DNA from: Spirochaetota bacterium
GTDB taxonomy: Bacteria; Spirochaetota; UBA4802; UBA5550
NCBI GenBank assembly: GCA_036848375.1
Contig: DAIUKG010000006.1
Coordinates: 44,941-108,940, forward strand
Reading direction: 5' to 3'
DNA: 64,000 nucleotides
In this document: one piece after another, positions 42,859 through 53,443 of the stretch
Layout: each line of letters opens with the position of its first letter
Numbering within the stretch: the first letter of the stretch is position 1
Translations under genes and position numbers: made by a program
Notes under the pieces: model-generated
Database searches by the model: none
The model's input: the letters and a program-made list of their open reading frames with translations, nothing else
Told to the model about the DNA's origin: nothing

Positions 42859-43368
42859 TTACTGAACTGTCCTCATTTTATTAAGAGCCTCTTGAACGAG
42901 GGCCTTTTGGTCATCAGGATTAATGTTTTTGCTAATAATTTTCGATGCAATTTCTGTAGACAGAAGAACTACTTCATTCTTAATTTCCGCAAGTGCGTTT
43001 TCTTTTGCCAGATCAACTTCTTTTCGAGCTCTTTCCACTACCATTGAAGCTTCTTTGTTAGCTTTTTCAACTATTTCGTTCTTTATCTTTTCTGCTTCTT
43101 CTCTGCCTTTCGAAATTATCTCAGCAGCATCATCCTTGGCTTTCGCCATTTCCTGTCTGTGGGCATTGAGCACCTTTTCAGCCTCTTCACGGGCCTTTTC
43201 GGCGTTCTCAATATCGCCACGAACCTTTTCTGCCCTTGCATCAAGTGCATCAACTATAGGTCTCCAGGCCGTTTTCCAGAGGAGCAACACCAAGACAGCA
43301 AATGTAATGATAGTCCAGAGGAGTAGTCCTGGATCAACCTTGAGCAAACCTTCTTTTATTATAGCCAT
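42859..43368 (-). CDS. atpF: F0F1 ATP synthase subunit b
   Basis: 169 aa. N-terminal TM helix plus a long charged coiled coil. Confidence 0.8.
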   Translation of the reverse strand: MAIIKEGLLKVDPGLLLWTIITFAVLVLLLWKTAWRPIVDALDARAEKVRGDIENAEKAREEAEKVLNAHRQEMAKAKDDAAEIISKGREEAEKIKNEIVEKANKEASMVVERARKEVDLAKENALAEIKNEVVLLSTEIASKIISKNINPDDQKALVQEALNKMRTVQ

Positions 43369-43394
43369 AGCTAACCTTTAATAAACCTTTAAAA

Positions 43395-43682
43395 TTAGTG
43401 TGCTGCTTCTTCAGCTGCAGGAGCTACCGCAGCGCCCTGAGGAACAGCTTTCGGCGTTTGTGTTGCAAGCATGAAAGTAATAACAAGCGCAAAAAACGTG
43501 AAACCTTCGATCAGAGCTGCAGCAATAATCATAGCAGTTCTCAGGTCACCGCTCAGTTCCGGCTGACGAGCCATACCTTCAAGAGCACCGGCTGCCAATC
43601 TACCGATACCAAGAGCTGCTCCAAGAACAACCAGACCAGCACCAAAACCTGCTCCCAGATACGAAAGACCTAAATATTCCAT
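43395..43682 (-). CDS. atpE: F0F1 ATP synthase subunit c
   Basis: 95 aa. Two TM helices, with the conserved carboxylate in ...IAAALIEGF... Confidence 0.9.
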   Translation of the reverse strand: MEYLGLSYLGAGFGAGLVVLGAALGIGRLAAGALEGMARQPELSGDLRTAMIIAAALIEGFTFFALVITFMLATQTPKAVPQGAAVAPAAEEAAH

Positions 43683-43842
43683 TGAATCCTCCTAAAGTTT
43701 TTGTAATGTTCTTTAATATCAATTTACATACTAAGAATAATTTTTAAAGAACATTTTTTAATATTGTTTTTTATTTTTGAGCACCTTTAAATAAAACTTA
43801 AAACAAATCCTCTTTATCATCCAATCAGACAAGCCCATTTTC

Positions 43843-44703
43843 TTAGTGAGCGTGCATGGACTGACCGACAAACATTGAAGAAAGAGTCGCGAAAATATAC
43901 GCCTGGATAAACGCCACCAGGAGTTCAAGAAGGTATATCATCAGTGAACCAACAACTGAACCTATACCAACCCAGGGGTTCTGAAACATCATTACAAGAT
44001 ACAGGAATATTATAATAACAATGTGACCTGCTGTCATGTTTGCAAAAAGTCGGACGGTGAGAGCAAAAGGCTTAATGATCAATCCCATAATCTCTATCGG
44101 CCACAGGAGAAAATACATTACGAACGGGATCCCATGAGGAACTATACCTTTAAATATCCAGAGCGGCCCCTGCCTGATCATCCCTACAATTATCATTAAT
44201 GAAAGCGTGAACAGAGCAAGACCGAGTGTAACACCAAGGTTGCCTGTTGCAGTAGATGAACCCGGAATCAGACCTGCAAAGTTGCAGAAAAGGATATAAA
44301 AGAAAACCGTCGAAAAATAAGGCATCGCGGTTTTAATATGCTTGTGGTCGTAATAAGGTTCAACAATCTCGTCATGAACAAAACCGATCAACGCTTCCCA
44401 CATGTTGACCCATCGTGACTTGGAACCCATTTTAGCTTTCTTGAGTTTCCTTCCGAGAGGAACAAAAACAAGAACCATAAGTATAAAAGATACCCAGAGC
44501 ATAAAAACCCATTTGGTAATTCTCATGTCGAAAATACCGAAGAGTTTTTCATTTAAGACAGTTTCATTGATTTTGCCTATAAATCCGCCTGTTAATACAT
44601 GGTCACACATGTGGTGCATAACAACATCATACATCGTTTCTTTTTCACCACTTCCATGCCCCGAGGTAATGTAGGTATTAAAAAATTGCATTAAGTTGAT
44701 CAT
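43843..44703 (-). CDS. atpB: F0F1 ATP synthase subunit a
   Basis: 286 aa polytopic protein with the conserved Arg in ...LTVRLFANMTAGH... Confidence 0.9.
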   Translation of the reverse strand: MINLMQFFNTYITSGHGSGEKETMYDVVMHHMCDHVLTGGFIGKINETVLNEKLFGIFDMRITKWVFMLWVSFILMVLVFVPLGRKLKKAKMGSKSRWVNMWEALIGFVHDEIVEPYYDHKHIKTAMPYFSTVFFYILFCNFAGLIPGSSTATGNLGVTLGLALFTLSLMIIVGMIRQGPLWIFKGIVPHGIPFVMYFLLWPIEIMGLIIKPFALTVRLFANMTAGHIVIIIFLYLVMMFQNPWVGIGSVVGSLMIYLLELLVAFIQAYIFATLSSMFVGQSMHAH

Positions 44704-44845
44704 GCTTTATCCCCTGAAATTATCATTTATGTACAAGTTTTAAATTGATTTATATTCAAACTTCAATATCTTATTTTTTCTGTAGCCAATCTAAAATGAT
44801 ACCATTTATTAATCAAATAATTTTCAACTATGACTGAATTTTTTT

Positions 44846-45115
44846 TCACATCCATCGAACTCTTTTCTTTGGATTCTCTTTTTCCTCCTTTTCATGCCTG
44901 GTTTCAGTGTTTAACTGCTTGATAAGATGATAAAAACCCAGAACCATCCCTATAACAGCGCCAATGGTAACAAAAAGTGGCGATTTTCCATAATGCTCAT
45001 CGAGCCGGTACCCGCCATAGACAAAAATCAATACTGTCATTGCGAGTTCTAACCCAATTGTTATGTGCGTAAAAAGCACCTTTGATGTTTTCTGGTTGGC
45101 CACGTTTCTGTTCAA
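44846..45115 (-). CDS. atpI: AtpI/AtpZ-like small membrane protein preceding atpB
   Basis: 89 aa with two TM helices, at the first position of the operon. Confidence 0.5.
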   Translation of the reverse strand: MNRNVANQKTSKVLFTHITIGLELAMTVLIFVYGGYRLDEHYGKSPLFVTIGAVIGMVLGFYHLIKQLNTETRHEKEEKENPKKRVRWM

Positions 45116-45271
45116 ACTTTAATTTTTATTCATTGAAATCACCGGATACCCGGAGTCAAGTTTTTTTTGCTCACTCCAAATGATAACTTATTAGCGGGCA
45201 TTTAATAAAGCATTATTCCGTGGTTGACGATAATATTAACGCTGGAGTGATAAAATCCCTGATTCTGAGGC

Positions 45272-45532
45272 TTGATAATGAAGATTTCAATTAAACTGAT
45301 AGAAAATAACAATGAAATAATTGCTAATTGTCCTGAACTGGATATCAATTGCTATGGATCAAATAAAGATGAAGCCATCCGCAGAATTGGAAGCGTCATT
45401 AACTTTTATATTAACTCGGCCAAAGAACTCGGGCTGGATGTTGAAAACCTCAGCGAAATAGTTATCGATGGCGAGAAAAAAAGTATCATCCTGCATGAAT
45501 CTGAATGCCTGGCCAATGAAACCATAAACTAA
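45272..45532 (+). CDS. HicB-like antitoxin-fold protein (UPF0150), apparently orphan
   Basis: IIANCPELDINCYGSNKDEAIRRIGSVINFYI matches the HicB N-terminal domain. No hicA-sized ORF is adjacent. Confidence 0.45.
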   Translation: MIMKISIKLIENNNEIIANCPELDINCYGSNKDEAIRRIGSVINFYINSAKELGLDVENLSEIVIDGEKKSIILHESECLANETIN

Positions 45533-45590
45533 AGCCCCGGTTTTGTACCGGGGCTTCGAGCTCATAAGACATTCTTAATTATATCTAAGT

Positions 45591-46991
45591 TTATTCACCC
45601 TCAAGTTCTGATTCAATAATTTTGACATCATTTACTTTAAAGAGATTATCTTCCCATTCCTTCCTTTTTTGTGATTTCTTTTTATTGGATAAAATGTACT
45701 CGATTCGTCCCTTGACTTCACTGAAGGGCATAACGGTTTTTACTGTTTTACCGCCTACTTTTTTCTTTCTCGTATACAGCCTGTCTTTATTTTTATCATA
45801 CTCATCCCTGACTTCCTTTGGAGTTACCGTAATTCCTTCCATGAGGACATCACTTTTATAGGCACCGGAAAGAGAATTGATCTCAAAAACTTTCCAGCTG
45901 TTCATAAAAGCCTCATCCTTATCCAGACCCGTCTTTATTGCTTCCCGGTATAACAGTTTTTCATTAAAGAGCTTCTGGAGCATCTGTTTTTTGATATTAT
46001 CATCGACTTTCGATTTATCTGTTTTATTTTTTCTTTTTTTATCAATATAAACAATAAGCTTATTTAAATCTGCAACCGTATACGCATCATTGCCTATTTT
46101 AAAAAGAACAGTTGCCGGATTTTTACTTGAAACCAGATCAATATGGTCTTCAACATCCGCGGCTTTGCTTAATTTTTCCTCAATGCCTTTTGATTTGTTA
46201 CGCTGAATCGCCCTCATCATCCTCTGGGCTTTTGTCTTGTCTTCAACAACATCCTCAATCGAATCTTCAGTCACTTCACGTCTTTCATTAAGCTGGATGA
46301 TATAGATACTGTTGCCGATCTTAACCGGTTCCCTGGTGTATTCCCCTTTTTTCAGGGAAAATGCCGCTGCAGAAAACTCGGGCCCCTTCATATCACTGCT
46401 GATATAGCCGATATCGCCCCCGTCCTTCTTCGAATAATCATCAGAATATTTCTTCGCAAGGTCCGAGAATGATCCGCCTCTTTCAAGCTCCTGAATGATT
46501 GAGCGCGCGTTGTTCATCTTTTCATCAACGACCCTTTGAACTTCAGCAGCGGAAAGTTTTATTCTGCGGTTTTTATCTATTTTATAATCCTTTACATAAA
46601 GCTTTATCATGCTTATTTTTGCGATTTCTTCTTTAAATGTCGCATCTTCAGTAAGTTTTTTCTTCAAATAGCCGCCATAAAAATTCGGCTTCAGCAGACT
46701 GAACAGAAACAGGTAATCTTCGGATTTATCATATCCCGCTTTTTTCGCTTCTTCGGCAGCGAGAATATCGAGAACCATTTTTTTCAATTTATTCTGCTGC
46801 TGTGATTTTTTCTTTAAAATGTTCTCTCTGGGAAAGCGGTTGGCATCAAGCCAGTCATAGAACTGGCCCCGTGTTACCGTGCCGGATTTATACGTGACAA
46901 TAACATCATTCTTCCCTTTACAGCCAAAGGAAAAAAGCAAAACAAAAACTATAAAAGAGGATAAAACGATATTTTTTTTCATACTCTCCAC
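45591..46991 (-). CDS. parvulin-type peptidyl-prolyl isomerase (SurA/PrsA-like) lipoprotein
   Basis: Lipobox LLFSFGC. PpiC domain ...GGDIGYISSDMKGPEFSAAAFSLKKGEYTREPVKIGNSIYIIQL... Confidence 0.7.
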   Translation of the reverse strand: MESMKKNIVLSSFIVFVLLFSFGCKGKNDVIVTYKSGTVTRGQFYDWLDANRFPRENILKKKSQQQNKLKKMVLDILAAEEAKKAGYDKSEDYLFLFSLLKPNFYGGYLKKKLTEDATFKEEIAKISMIKLYVKDYKIDKNRRIKLSAAEVQRVVDEKMNNARSIIQELERGGSFSDLAKKYSDDYSKKDGGDIGYISSDMKGPEFSAAAFSLKKGEYTREPVKIGNSIYIIQLNERREVTEDSIEDVVEDKTKAQRMMRAIQRNKSKGIEEKLSKAADVEDHIDLVSSKNPATVLFKIGNDAYTVADLNKLIVYIDKKRKNKTDKSKVDDNIKKQMLQKLFNEKLLYREAIKTGLDKDEAFMNSWKVFEINSLSGAYKSDVLMEGITVTPKEVRDEYDKNKDRLYTRKKKVGGKTVKTVMPFSEVKGRIEYILSNKKKSQKRKEWEDNLFKVNDVKIIESELEGE

Positions 46992-47200
46992 TCCACAAAA
47001 TAATATAGACCGGTTTCAGGTTTTTTCACTTTACGAAGATGAGGTCTATCAAAAACGCGATAATCAGTAATGACGCATTCTTTCAGAACCATCCACCGCT
47101 TAAAACAAACACCATTATTCCAACAATTTCCAAATGTCAATTGTATTTTTACTATTTAATTGTTATAAGGGGCCTAACGTCAAAAAGAGGGACGATACAT

Positions 47201-48322
47201 CTATATCTGTATTCTGAAAGCAAGCTGCATGTTGATATCTTCCCTGTTGATCAGGTTGACATTGGTTTCAAAGGACAAATACACTTTCCACAGCGCAAGT
47301 TCAAGGCCGAGCACGAGAACCGGCATAAACACCATGGGTGCATATTCGCTGCTTGTTTTAATATTGACTGTTCCGATCGGGTCGGGCCCGGTGTATGCGG
47401 GGTCGTCAGTACTTGCTTCCCCGTTGCCATCCACATTGACTTCAAAAGATCCGAAATTGACCGGGAACGCAAAGCCGAGATACGCGTTAAATATCCATAA
47501 AACATTAAAATAAGTGAGGATCTCCGGAGTAATAGAAATAATATACCATTCGACTTTTGCGGTATATTCAGGTTCAAAATCCATATCGACCGATATCGGG
47601 TCCGACCCTCCTGCCCCGTCCGGGTCCACTTCAATTTCAGTCAGGGGATATGACTGGCTCCCGGAAAAACCGATAATCCCGTATAGGAAATCAACACCGA
47701 AGCTTACGTTCATCCCCCCGAACTTCAGCAGGCCCGGAATGATCTTCTTTTCTTTCAAAAAACAATACCGTGCTTTTGCTCCAAACGAATAAAAACTGAA
47801 ACTGGTAAGGGTCGCTGACTCGAATTTGAACTCAGGCAGATAAAAATCATCGCTGTACACGAATATCTTGCCAATAAAATCGAAGCTTTTACTCAGGCCC
47901 ATTCCAAAATAAAGAAGCGGATTGATGCCGCCGACCGGGACAACGCCCTGGCCGACTTCTTTTTCATGATCAAAATAGTCAAGATTCGAAAGGCCCACGC
48001 CCCCGGCTGCACCGACAAAAAAAGACGGAAACTTACCGAGGGTCGCAACACCCAGAGGGTAACCGGAAATGTTTGTCATCGCGAACGCATTCGCGATCGC
48101 TTTGCCGTTTTTCTGCAGAATATCATCGAACTGGTTCCCGACTTCATAACTACCGGTATCGGTAAACGGGCCGGTAAACGTAACCCGTGTTCTCGAGAGG
48201 GCAGAATGAGTATCAAAAACAATCAGTATCACAACAAGACACAAAATTATCGCATATACTCGCGATATCATTGAAAGAGATAGTGTTGACGACATTGCCA
48301 GATGTTTTCTGTTTTTAATCAC
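47201..48322 (-). CDS. hypothetical outer-membrane/secreted protein
   Basis: 373 aa. N-terminal signal/anchor, Gly/aromatic-rich beta-strand patterning. Confidence 0.4.
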   Translation of the reverse strand: MIKNRKHLAMSSTLSLSMISRVYAIILCLVVILIVFDTHSALSRTRVTFTGPFTDTGSYEVGNQFDDILQKNGKAIANAFAMTNISGYPLGVATLGKFPSFFVGAAGGVGLSNLDYFDHEKEVGQGVVPVGGINPLLYFGMGLSKSFDFIGKIFVYSDDFYLPEFKFESATLTSFSFYSFGAKARYCFLKEKKIIPGLLKFGGMNVSFGVDFLYGIIGFSGSQSYPLTEIEVDPDGAGGSDPISVDMDFEPEYTAKVEWYIISITPEILTYFNVLWIFNAYLGFAFPVNFGSFEVNVDGNGEASTDDPAYTGPDPIGTVNIKTSSEYAPMVFMPVLVLGLELALWKVYLSFETNVNLINREDINMQLAFRIQI

Positions 48323-48524
48323 GCCAAATTTCGAATCCGTATTTTAAACTTCGTATTTCCGTGTGTGCCTTATATTATTGTCGGATATGTCCGTTAAGGT
48401 CATTATCCAACTTGCCACTTAAATGCTATTGTACAATAGTATATCGCTGAAAATCCAGAAAAATCAGTTTTAATTCTCTTTTTTTGCTTAAATATCAAAG
48501 GCGGGGATGATAAAAGATTAAGAA

Positions 48525-49307
48525 TTACGGCAAATCCTTTTCAATTTGCGCGTAAGCTGAGTGATTGTGAATGGATTCAATATTCTCCGATTCAACCGAA
48601 AACCATAGCAGGCCCTTTAACTGCATCAGCCGCTGGGCCGCATTCCGCACCATGTCTTCGACAAAAACCGGGTTTTCGTATGATCTTTCCGTGATGAATT
48701 TTTCATCCTCGCGTTTCAGAATAGAATAAATATCGCTGCTGGCCGAAGCCTCTGCGACAGCGATGATATCCTCGATCCATATTCTGTCGTGGGCCTTTAT
48801 TTTCACTGACATGATCGACCGCTGGTTGTGGGCGCCGTATTTGCTGATCTCACGCGAACAGGGGCACAGCGAAAGCACCGGGACCCTGACCTCAAGCTGG
48901 TAAAAATCCTCATCTGAATTGGCGGTAAGGCGGCAGGTGTACTCCATCTTTGCCTCTTCACCGGATACCGGCGCCTTTTTGGTGACAAAATAGGGAAACT
49001 CAATCTCAAAATGCGCTGTTTCAGCATCAAGCTGCACCTTCATCTCATCGAGTATTTCGCGGATGTTTGTTGTGCTGATGCCTTTGCGGTAGCGGTTGAG
49101 GATCTCGACAAAGCGGCTCATATGGGTGCCGCGGAAATGATGGGGAAGGTTCACATACATATTGACCCGCGCCACCGTATGCTGGATTCCTTCATCCCTG
49201 TCCAGAACAACAACAGGATACGAGATGTCCTTGACCCCGACCTTGTTGATGGGAATATTCCGTGTATCCGGTTCAGACTGGATGTCTTTAAGCTTCTTCT
49301 TTTCCAT
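48525..49307 (-). CDS. folE2: GTP cyclohydrolase FolE2/MptA family
   Basis: 260 aa. N-terminal ...IPINKVGVKDISYPVVV... and conserved Cys/His region CPCSREISKYGAHNQRS. Confidence 0.8.
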   Translation of the reverse strand: MEKKKLKDIQSEPDTRNIPINKVGVKDISYPVVVLDRDEGIQHTVARVNMYVNLPHHFRGTHMSRFVEILNRYRKGISTTNIREILDEMKVQLDAETAHFEIEFPYFVTKKAPVSGEEAKMEYTCRLTANSDEDFYQLEVRVPVLSLCPCSREISKYGAHNQRSIMSVKIKAHDRIWIEDIIAVAEASASSDIYSILKREDEKFITERSYENPVFVEDMVRNAAQRLMQLKGLLWFSVESENIESIHNHSAYAQIEKDLP

Positions 49308-49349
49308 GGCGCACTTTTTAGTCCATGATACCGTGACCGTGTATTTTTA

Positions 49350-50108
49350 TCAACCAGTTAATATCAGGGGGCCGGCATCGGTTACCGCGATCGTGTGCTC
49401 ACAATGCGCCGAGAGCTTCCCGTCAACAGTTACCGAGGTCCATCCGTCAGGGAGACGGACGATATCTGCGGCGCCCTCGTTTACAATGGGTTCAACCGCG
49501 AGCACCATTCCGGGAACAAGGGGCCGTCCCAAACCCGGCATGCCCCAGTTCGGCACAACCGGCGGCTCATGCAGGGCGAATCCCGTTCCATGGCCGCTAA
49601 AATGTTTCACCACGGAAAAGCCGCCAAATTCGGCGGCTGTTTGAATGCTGTGGCCGAGGTCACCGATGGTGTTTCCCGGCACCATGCGCGCTATTGCGCT
49701 GTCAAGTGCGTGCTGCGCGGTCATCACCAGTTTTTCAGCTGTTTGCGAGACCGGCAGCACCGGAAAGATACGGCACGCGTCAGAAAAAAAACCGTTCATG
49801 ACCACGCCGATATCTATTTTAACGATATCACCGGTGGTGAATTTTTTTCTTTTTAAAGGAATTCCATGAACAACTTCATTGTTCACCGAAATACAGGAAG
49901 CGTAATCATATCCGCGTATGGTTTTAAAAGCCGGCCTGGCCTGTTTTTTAACAATGCAGGAATCTATGAAAGAATCAAGTTCCCATGCCGTTGCGGAACA
50001 AAAATCAACCGCCTCAAGCGCTTTAAAAATCCCGGCTAGAACCAGGCCGCATTCCCTGATCCTTTTGATATCATCCGCGCTCTTTAGAGCAAGATCCTTC
50101 GCTGTCAT
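49350..50108 (-). CDS. map: type I methionine aminopeptidase
   Basis: 252 aa. Metal-ligand motifs D..D...H...E..E of the M24A fold (FSDACRIF, GHGTGFALHEPP, EPIVNEG). Confidence 0.9.
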   Translation of the reverse strand: MTAKDLALKSADDIKRIRECGLVLAGIFKALEAVDFCSATAWELDSFIDSCIVKKQARPAFKTIRGYDYASCISVNNEVVHGIPLKRKKFTTGDIVKIDIGVVMNGFFSDACRIFPVLPVSQTAEKLVMTAQHALDSAIARMVPGNTIGDLGHSIQTAAEFGGFSVVKHFSGHGTGFALHEPPVVPNWGMPGLGRPLVPGMVLAVEPIVNEGAADIVRLPDGWTSVTVDGKLSAHCEHTIAVTDAGPLILTG

Positions 50109-50156
50109 CTGAGAATTTCATGCCGCAGAAGTCATTCCCCGCGGCAGATACGGGCC

Positions 50157-51251
50157 CTATGCTTCAGCTAACTTGATCTCTTTGGCGGAATCGCCCTTCT
50201 CCTGTTTCGCCTCGCCTTTGCCGGTTTTGGCTTCGCGGCTGTCAGTGATGAGGCCCACTGCCTGTTTGACTTTCATCTCAACTTCGGCAGCGATTCTCGG
50301 GTTCTCCCTGATATAATTCTTCGCGTTCTCCCGGCCCTGGCCTATGCGCTCATCCCCGTAGGAAAACCAGGTGCCTGCTTTTTTAATGATATCGTATTTC
50401 ACGCCCATATCGAGAATGCCGCCTTCACGGGAAATGCCGCCGTTGAACATGATATCAAACTCGGCCTGCTTAAACGGAGGCGCGACCTTGTTCTTGACGA
50501 CTTTAACACGCACCCTGTTGCCGATGGCATCTTCGCCGCTTTTAATGGTTTCGATTCTGCGGATGTCAAGGCGCACTGAGGAATAAAACTTCAGGGCATT
50601 GCCGCCGGTCGTTGTTTCGGGAGAGCCGAACATGACGCCGATCTTGTGACGTATCTGGTTGATAAAAATGACGCAGGTCTTGGACTTGGCGATAACGCCG
50701 GTGAGTTTGCGCAGCGCCTGGCTCATGAGCCGCGCCTGGAGCCCCATGTGAGAATCGCCCATGTCGCCGTCAATCTCGGCCTTGGGCACCAGCGCCGCGA
50801 CCGAATCGATAACGATCACGTCAATCGCTCCCGAACGGACCAGGGCCTCGGTGATCTCCAGGGCCTCTTCGCCCGTGTCCGGCTGTGAAACCAGAAGCTC
50901 ATCGGTGTTCACCCCGAGTTTTGCCGCATAAACCGGGTCAAGGGCGTGTTCCGCGTCGACAAAGGCCGCGACCCCGCCGAGCTTCTGGGCTTCGCCCACG
51001 ATATGGAGAGTAAGTGTTGTTTTACCGCTTGATTCAGGTCCGTATATTTCCACAACGCGGCCGCGGGGAACACCGCCCAGGCCCAGGGCCACATCCAGTT
51101 CAATGGACCCGGTTGATATACAGGGGATCTGTATCCTGCTGGATTCATCCCCCAGTTTCATGATCGACCCCTTGCCGAACTGTTTTTCGATCTGCATTAT
51201 GGCAGACTCAAGGGCCTGGCTTCTCTGGTTCAGTTCCTTCTGCTCTGACAT
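50157..51251 (-). CDS. recA: recombinase RecA
   Basis: GPESSGKTT Walker [30 protein letters not shown]. Confidence 0.97.
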   Translation of the reverse strand: MSEQKELNQRSQALESAIMQIEKQFGKGSIMKLGDESSRIQIPCISTGSIELDVALGLGGVPRGRVVEIYGPESSGKTTLTLHIVGEAQKLGGVAAFVDAEHALDPVYAAKLGVNTDELLVSQPDTGEEALEITEALVRSGAIDVIVIDSVAALVPKAEIDGDMGDSHMGLQARLMSQALRKLTGVIAKSKTCVIFINQIRHKIGVMFGSPETTTGGNALKFYSSVRLDIRRIETIKSGEDAIGNRVRVKVVKNKVAPPFKQAEFDIMFNGGISREGGILDMGVKYDIIKKAGTWFSYGDERIGQGRENAKNYIRENPRIAAEVEMKVKQAVGLITDSREAKTGKGEAKQEKGDSAKEIKLAEA

Positions 51252-51499
51252 TGTTTTACCTCGCGTTAACCGTGTTTTACCTTATATACGAATGAAACTA
51301 CTCGATTTAAAAATTTTTTCGTATCCGGCTTAAAATCCGGAAAGAAGCCTGCTCCCGAACATATGGGCATCATCCTCTTCCCGGAGTCCCGTGATCTAAT
51401 GTCACATAATACCTGATCGGAATAAATATCAAGTAAAATTAGCAAAATACTTAAATTTTGTTAAGTATTTTGCTTTTTCATACCGGATCACGCTACGGT

Positions 51500-53083
51500 T
51501 TACAACGCCACGTTCTTGACCTTTTCCTTCAGCCGGTCAAGGCCCTTGCGGTATTCAAGCTTGTTCAGCGCATCGACATAGCAGAGGATCCCGGCAATCG
51601 TTATATCGATATGGATGCCGTTGCCGAACACCTTGTATTCGTCGCCATTGATGTTCTCGATGACCTCGGCCGACACTTCGGAGAGCGCGTCAGAGCCGCC
51701 GGTGATGGCCACGAGGTTAAAAGAGACCAGCCGCGCTTCGCTGCCGGTGATCTTTCTCACCGCGGTAATGCCCGCGTCAACGCCGCCGCTCCCGTGCGCG
51801 ACCTCAAAAACAACCTCATTGCCTTTGGCGCGGTCCTTGAGCGTAACCATGGTCATCGGGGGAGAATGCATACCGGTGGAAACCTGAATATTTTCGACCT
51901 TGAAGCGCCTCTTTTCATCCTCGCGGTACATCGACTCGCTGATAAGCGCGATGAGGTCTTCATCAAAGATCTCTTTCTTCTTGTCGGCCAGGGACTTGTA
52001 GTATTTGAAGAAGCGCTCCATTTCCTCGTGGTCCAGCTTAAAGCCCAGGGACTCGAGCCTGGACAGGATCGCGTGCCTTCCCGAATGCTTGCCCAGCACC
52101 AGAAGAGACTTCTTGATCCCGACATCCGCGGGCTTCATGATCTCGTAGGTCATGGAATTTTTCAGCAGGCCGTCCTGGTGGATACCCGATTCATGCGCGA
52201 ACGCGTTCGCCCCCACAATGGCCTTGTTCGGCTGCACCGACACGCCCGTTATCCTGGTGAGGAGCTTGCTCGTGGGCATGATCTGCTCGGTCCTGATGTC
52301 AGTGAACACGCCGAAAAAGTCACTGCGCGTCTTGATGCCCATCACGATCTCTTCCATCGCGGTGTTGCCCGCGCGCTCGCCGATACCGTTGACCGTGCAC
52401 TCGATCTGCCGCGCGCCCGCTTCAATGGCGGCGAGTGAATTGGCAACCGCCAGGCCGAGGTCGTTATGACAGTGCACCGAGATGATGGCCCGGTCAATGC
52501 CTGATACATGGGCGAAGAGGTGGCTGATGATCCGGTGAAACTCAGAGGGGACGGTATAGCCCACGGTATCGGGGATGTTTACCGTTGTCGCGCCCGCGTC
52601 AATCACTGCCTGGACCATCATGGTAAGAAAGTCAAGGTCGCTCCTGGTAGCGTCCATGGGCGAAAATTCCACGTCATCCACGTGGCTGCGGGCGCGTTTG
52701 ACCGCGGCGACCGCCATTTCGAGCACTTCATCCCTCGATTTTTTAAGCTGGTGTTCGATATGAATGTCAGAACTTGAAACAAAAGTATGGATGCGGGGAC
52801 GCTTGGCCTTCTCAATCGCCCGCGCCGCGGTATCGATGTCAGTGTTATTGGCCCTGGCAAGTCCGGCAACGGTGATGCCCCGCACCTTTTCTGCAATCCT
52901 GGCCACGGCCTCAAAGTCGCCGTCCGAGATAACGGGAAACCCCGCCTCGACAACATCCACCCCGAGCCGTGAAAGCTGTTCGGCAAAGATGATCTTCTCT
53001 TCTATATTCATGCTGAATCCCGGGGACTGTTCGCCGTCCCTGAGTGTCGTATCAAAAATAACTATTTTATTCTTTTTATTCAT
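51500..53083 (-). CDS. leuA: 2-isopropylmalate synthase (long form with C-terminal regulatory domain)
   Basis: FDTTLRDGEQSPG and HCHNDLGLAVANSLAAIEAGA. 527 aa. A Leu-rich leader lies upstream. Confidence 0.85.
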   Translation of the reverse strand: MNKKNKIVIFDTTLRDGEQSPGFSMNIEEKIIFAEQLSRLGVDVVEAGFPVISDGDFEAVARIAEKVRGITVAGLARANNTDIDTAARAIEKAKRPRIHTFVSSSDIHIEHQLKKSRDEVLEMAVAAVKRARSHVDDVEFSPMDATRSDLDFLTMMVQAVIDAGATTVNIPDTVGYTVPSEFHRIISHLFAHVSGIDRAIISVHCHNDLGLAVANSLAAIEAGARQIECTVNGIGERAGNTAMEEIVMGIKTRSDFFGVFTDIRTEQIMPTSKLLTRITGVSVQPNKAIVGANAFAHESGIHQDGLLKNSMTYEIMKPADVGIKKSLLVLGKHSGRHAILSRLESLGFKLDHEEMERFFKYYKSLADKKKEIFDEDLIALISESMYREDEKRRFKVENIQVSTGMHSPPMTMVTLKDRAKGNEVVFEVAHGSGGVDAGITAVRKITGSEARLVSFNLVAITGGSDALSEVSAEVIENINGDEYKVFGNGIHIDITIAGILCYVDALNKLEYRKGLDRLKEKVKNVAL

Positions 53084-53191
53084 GGTTTTCTCCTCTTTAT
53101 CACAGAATGCGGCCGAAACGGCCGGTAAAAACTATTCCCGTGAAAGAGAGCCAAGCATACATGGGAAAAACATCCCCGCACCTCCTGATAC

Positions 53192-53226
53192 AAAAAAGGC
53201 CGTCAGAATCTGGTTCGTGACGGCCT
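53192..53226 (-). terminator. attenuator/terminator hairpin in the leuA leader (AAGGCCGTCA-N12-TGACGGCCTT + UUUUUU on the minus strand)
   Basis: 10-bp perfect stem then a T6 run, ~110 nt upstream of the leuA start. The loop is complementary to the end of the leader ORF. Confidence 0.45.
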
Positions 53227-53252
53227 TACAGTATATTCGTTTTCTGTTGACA

Positions 53253-53330
53253 TCACGAACCAGCGCCAGGTTTTAGCAGGCTAAGAAGGAGGCCTAATAA
53301 AAGGGTGCTGTTGTGTTCGAATGACGTCAT
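53253..53330 (-). CDS. candidate leucine-rich leader peptide MTSFEHNSTLLLGLLLSLLKPGAGS (25 aa)
   Basis: 8 Leu in a 10-codon stretch. The stop codon is embedded in CTGGTTCGTGA, which is perfectly complementary to TCACGAACCAG in the downstream terminator. Confidence 0.4.
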   Translation of the reverse strand: MTSFEHNSTLLLGLLLSLLKPGAGS

Positions 53331-53443
53331 GATGTATTATCGTAAATTTTAAAAAAGTGAAATCAACCTATAAAGTATATCGATCTGTGTCAATATAATA
53401 TTTCAGTTTTTTCTAAAAAAGATGTAATTATTGGGGATGTTAT

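Noticed and set aside
51458-52438. Long antisense ORFs inside leuA (326 aa, plus strand) and similar ORFs antisense to recA, atpA/atpD, KS, glgP and the surface-protein gene
   Set aside because: They lie wholly within well-supported conserved genes on the opposite strand. They have Arg/His-rich compositions typical of antisense frames in GC-rich genes and are not independent genes.
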